A stretch of DNA of 61,928 bases, filler included. It is 16 parts of 16 records of this genome, joined end to end, with 100 filler letters (N's around TTAATTAATTAA, not from the genome) between each part and the next. Parts side by side here need not be neighbours in the genome. Positions count along the whole stretch, not along the records: positions 57,402 to 61,928 come from SRR11831580_354; 15 more parts are not named here. One strand, 5' to 3'. This document shows positions 61,662-61,928 of this stretch, piece by piece (position 1 is the first letter of the stretch; the number at the start of each line of letters is the position of its first letter). The notes beneath the pieces were generated by a model that saw nothing but the letters and a program-made list of their open reading frames with translations, made no database searches and had not been told where the DNA came from. The translations under genes and the position numbers were made by a program.

Positions 61662-61670
61662 GGTCGTTCC

Positions 61671-61928
61671 TTAATCGGGATATCCCTGTGGATGGCGTGA
61701 CTGCCAGTGCCAGGTGTCCTGCGCCATTTCATCGAGTGTGCGCGTTACGCGCCAGTTCAGTTCACGGTCGGCTTTGCTGGCGTCCGCCCAGTAGGCCGGA
61801 AGGTCGCCCTCGCGACGCGGTGCAAAATGATAATTAACCGGTTTGCCGCAGGCTTTGCTGAAGGCATTAACCACGTCCAGCACGCTGTTGCCTACGCCAG
61901 CGCCGAGGTTGTAGATGTGTACGCCTGG
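61671..61928 (-). CDS. galE: UDP-glucose 4-epimerase, C-terminal part
   Basis: ...YNLGAGVGNSVLDVVNAF...RREGD...WQSRHPQGYPD*. Confidence 0.96.
   Translation of the reverse strand, partial: PGVHIYNLGAGVGNSVLDVVNAFSKACGKPVNYHFAPRREGDLPAYWADASKADRELNWRVTRTLDEMAQDTWHWQSRHPQGYPD

Overview
This window is not one contiguous locus. It is an artificial concatenation of 16 short contigs (about 2-8 kb) joined by 15 identical 100-bp linkers (44 N + TTAATTAATTAA + 44 N, which gives stops in all six frames). Fifteen contigs are non-syntenic pieces of an Escherichia coli K-12-type chromosome: gcvT/ubiI; glpF-zapB-rraA-menA; metNIQ-rcsF-trmO-proS; cusRS-nfrBA; fre-ubiD-rfaH-tatDCB; type I-E cas5-cas6e-cas1-cas2 plus part of the leader; IS5 end-yghQRS; acrF-yhdV-yhdWXYZ; hyfG-J/hyfR/focB; argK-scpBC; yhaIH-yqjG..C-mzrA; nuoEFG; folK-pcnB-gluQ-dksA-sfsA-thpR; ompC-micF-rcsD; gpmA-galMKTE. 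One contig (25708-28026) is not bacterial. It carries a eukaryotic RIO1 atypical protein kinase gene on the minus strand, which I could splice by hand into six phase-consistent exons (221 codons, truncated at the contig end) separated by GT-AG introns of 43-257 nt, with hints of further spliced sequence upstream. Several frameshifts in otherwise intact E. coli genes are homopolymer miscalls typical of pyrosequencing. I found no convincing new bacterial system. The real anomaly is the mixed eukaryote/E. coli origin, and the least-understood bacterial locus is yghQRS. Gene names come from my recognition of the translated sequences; no database search was run.
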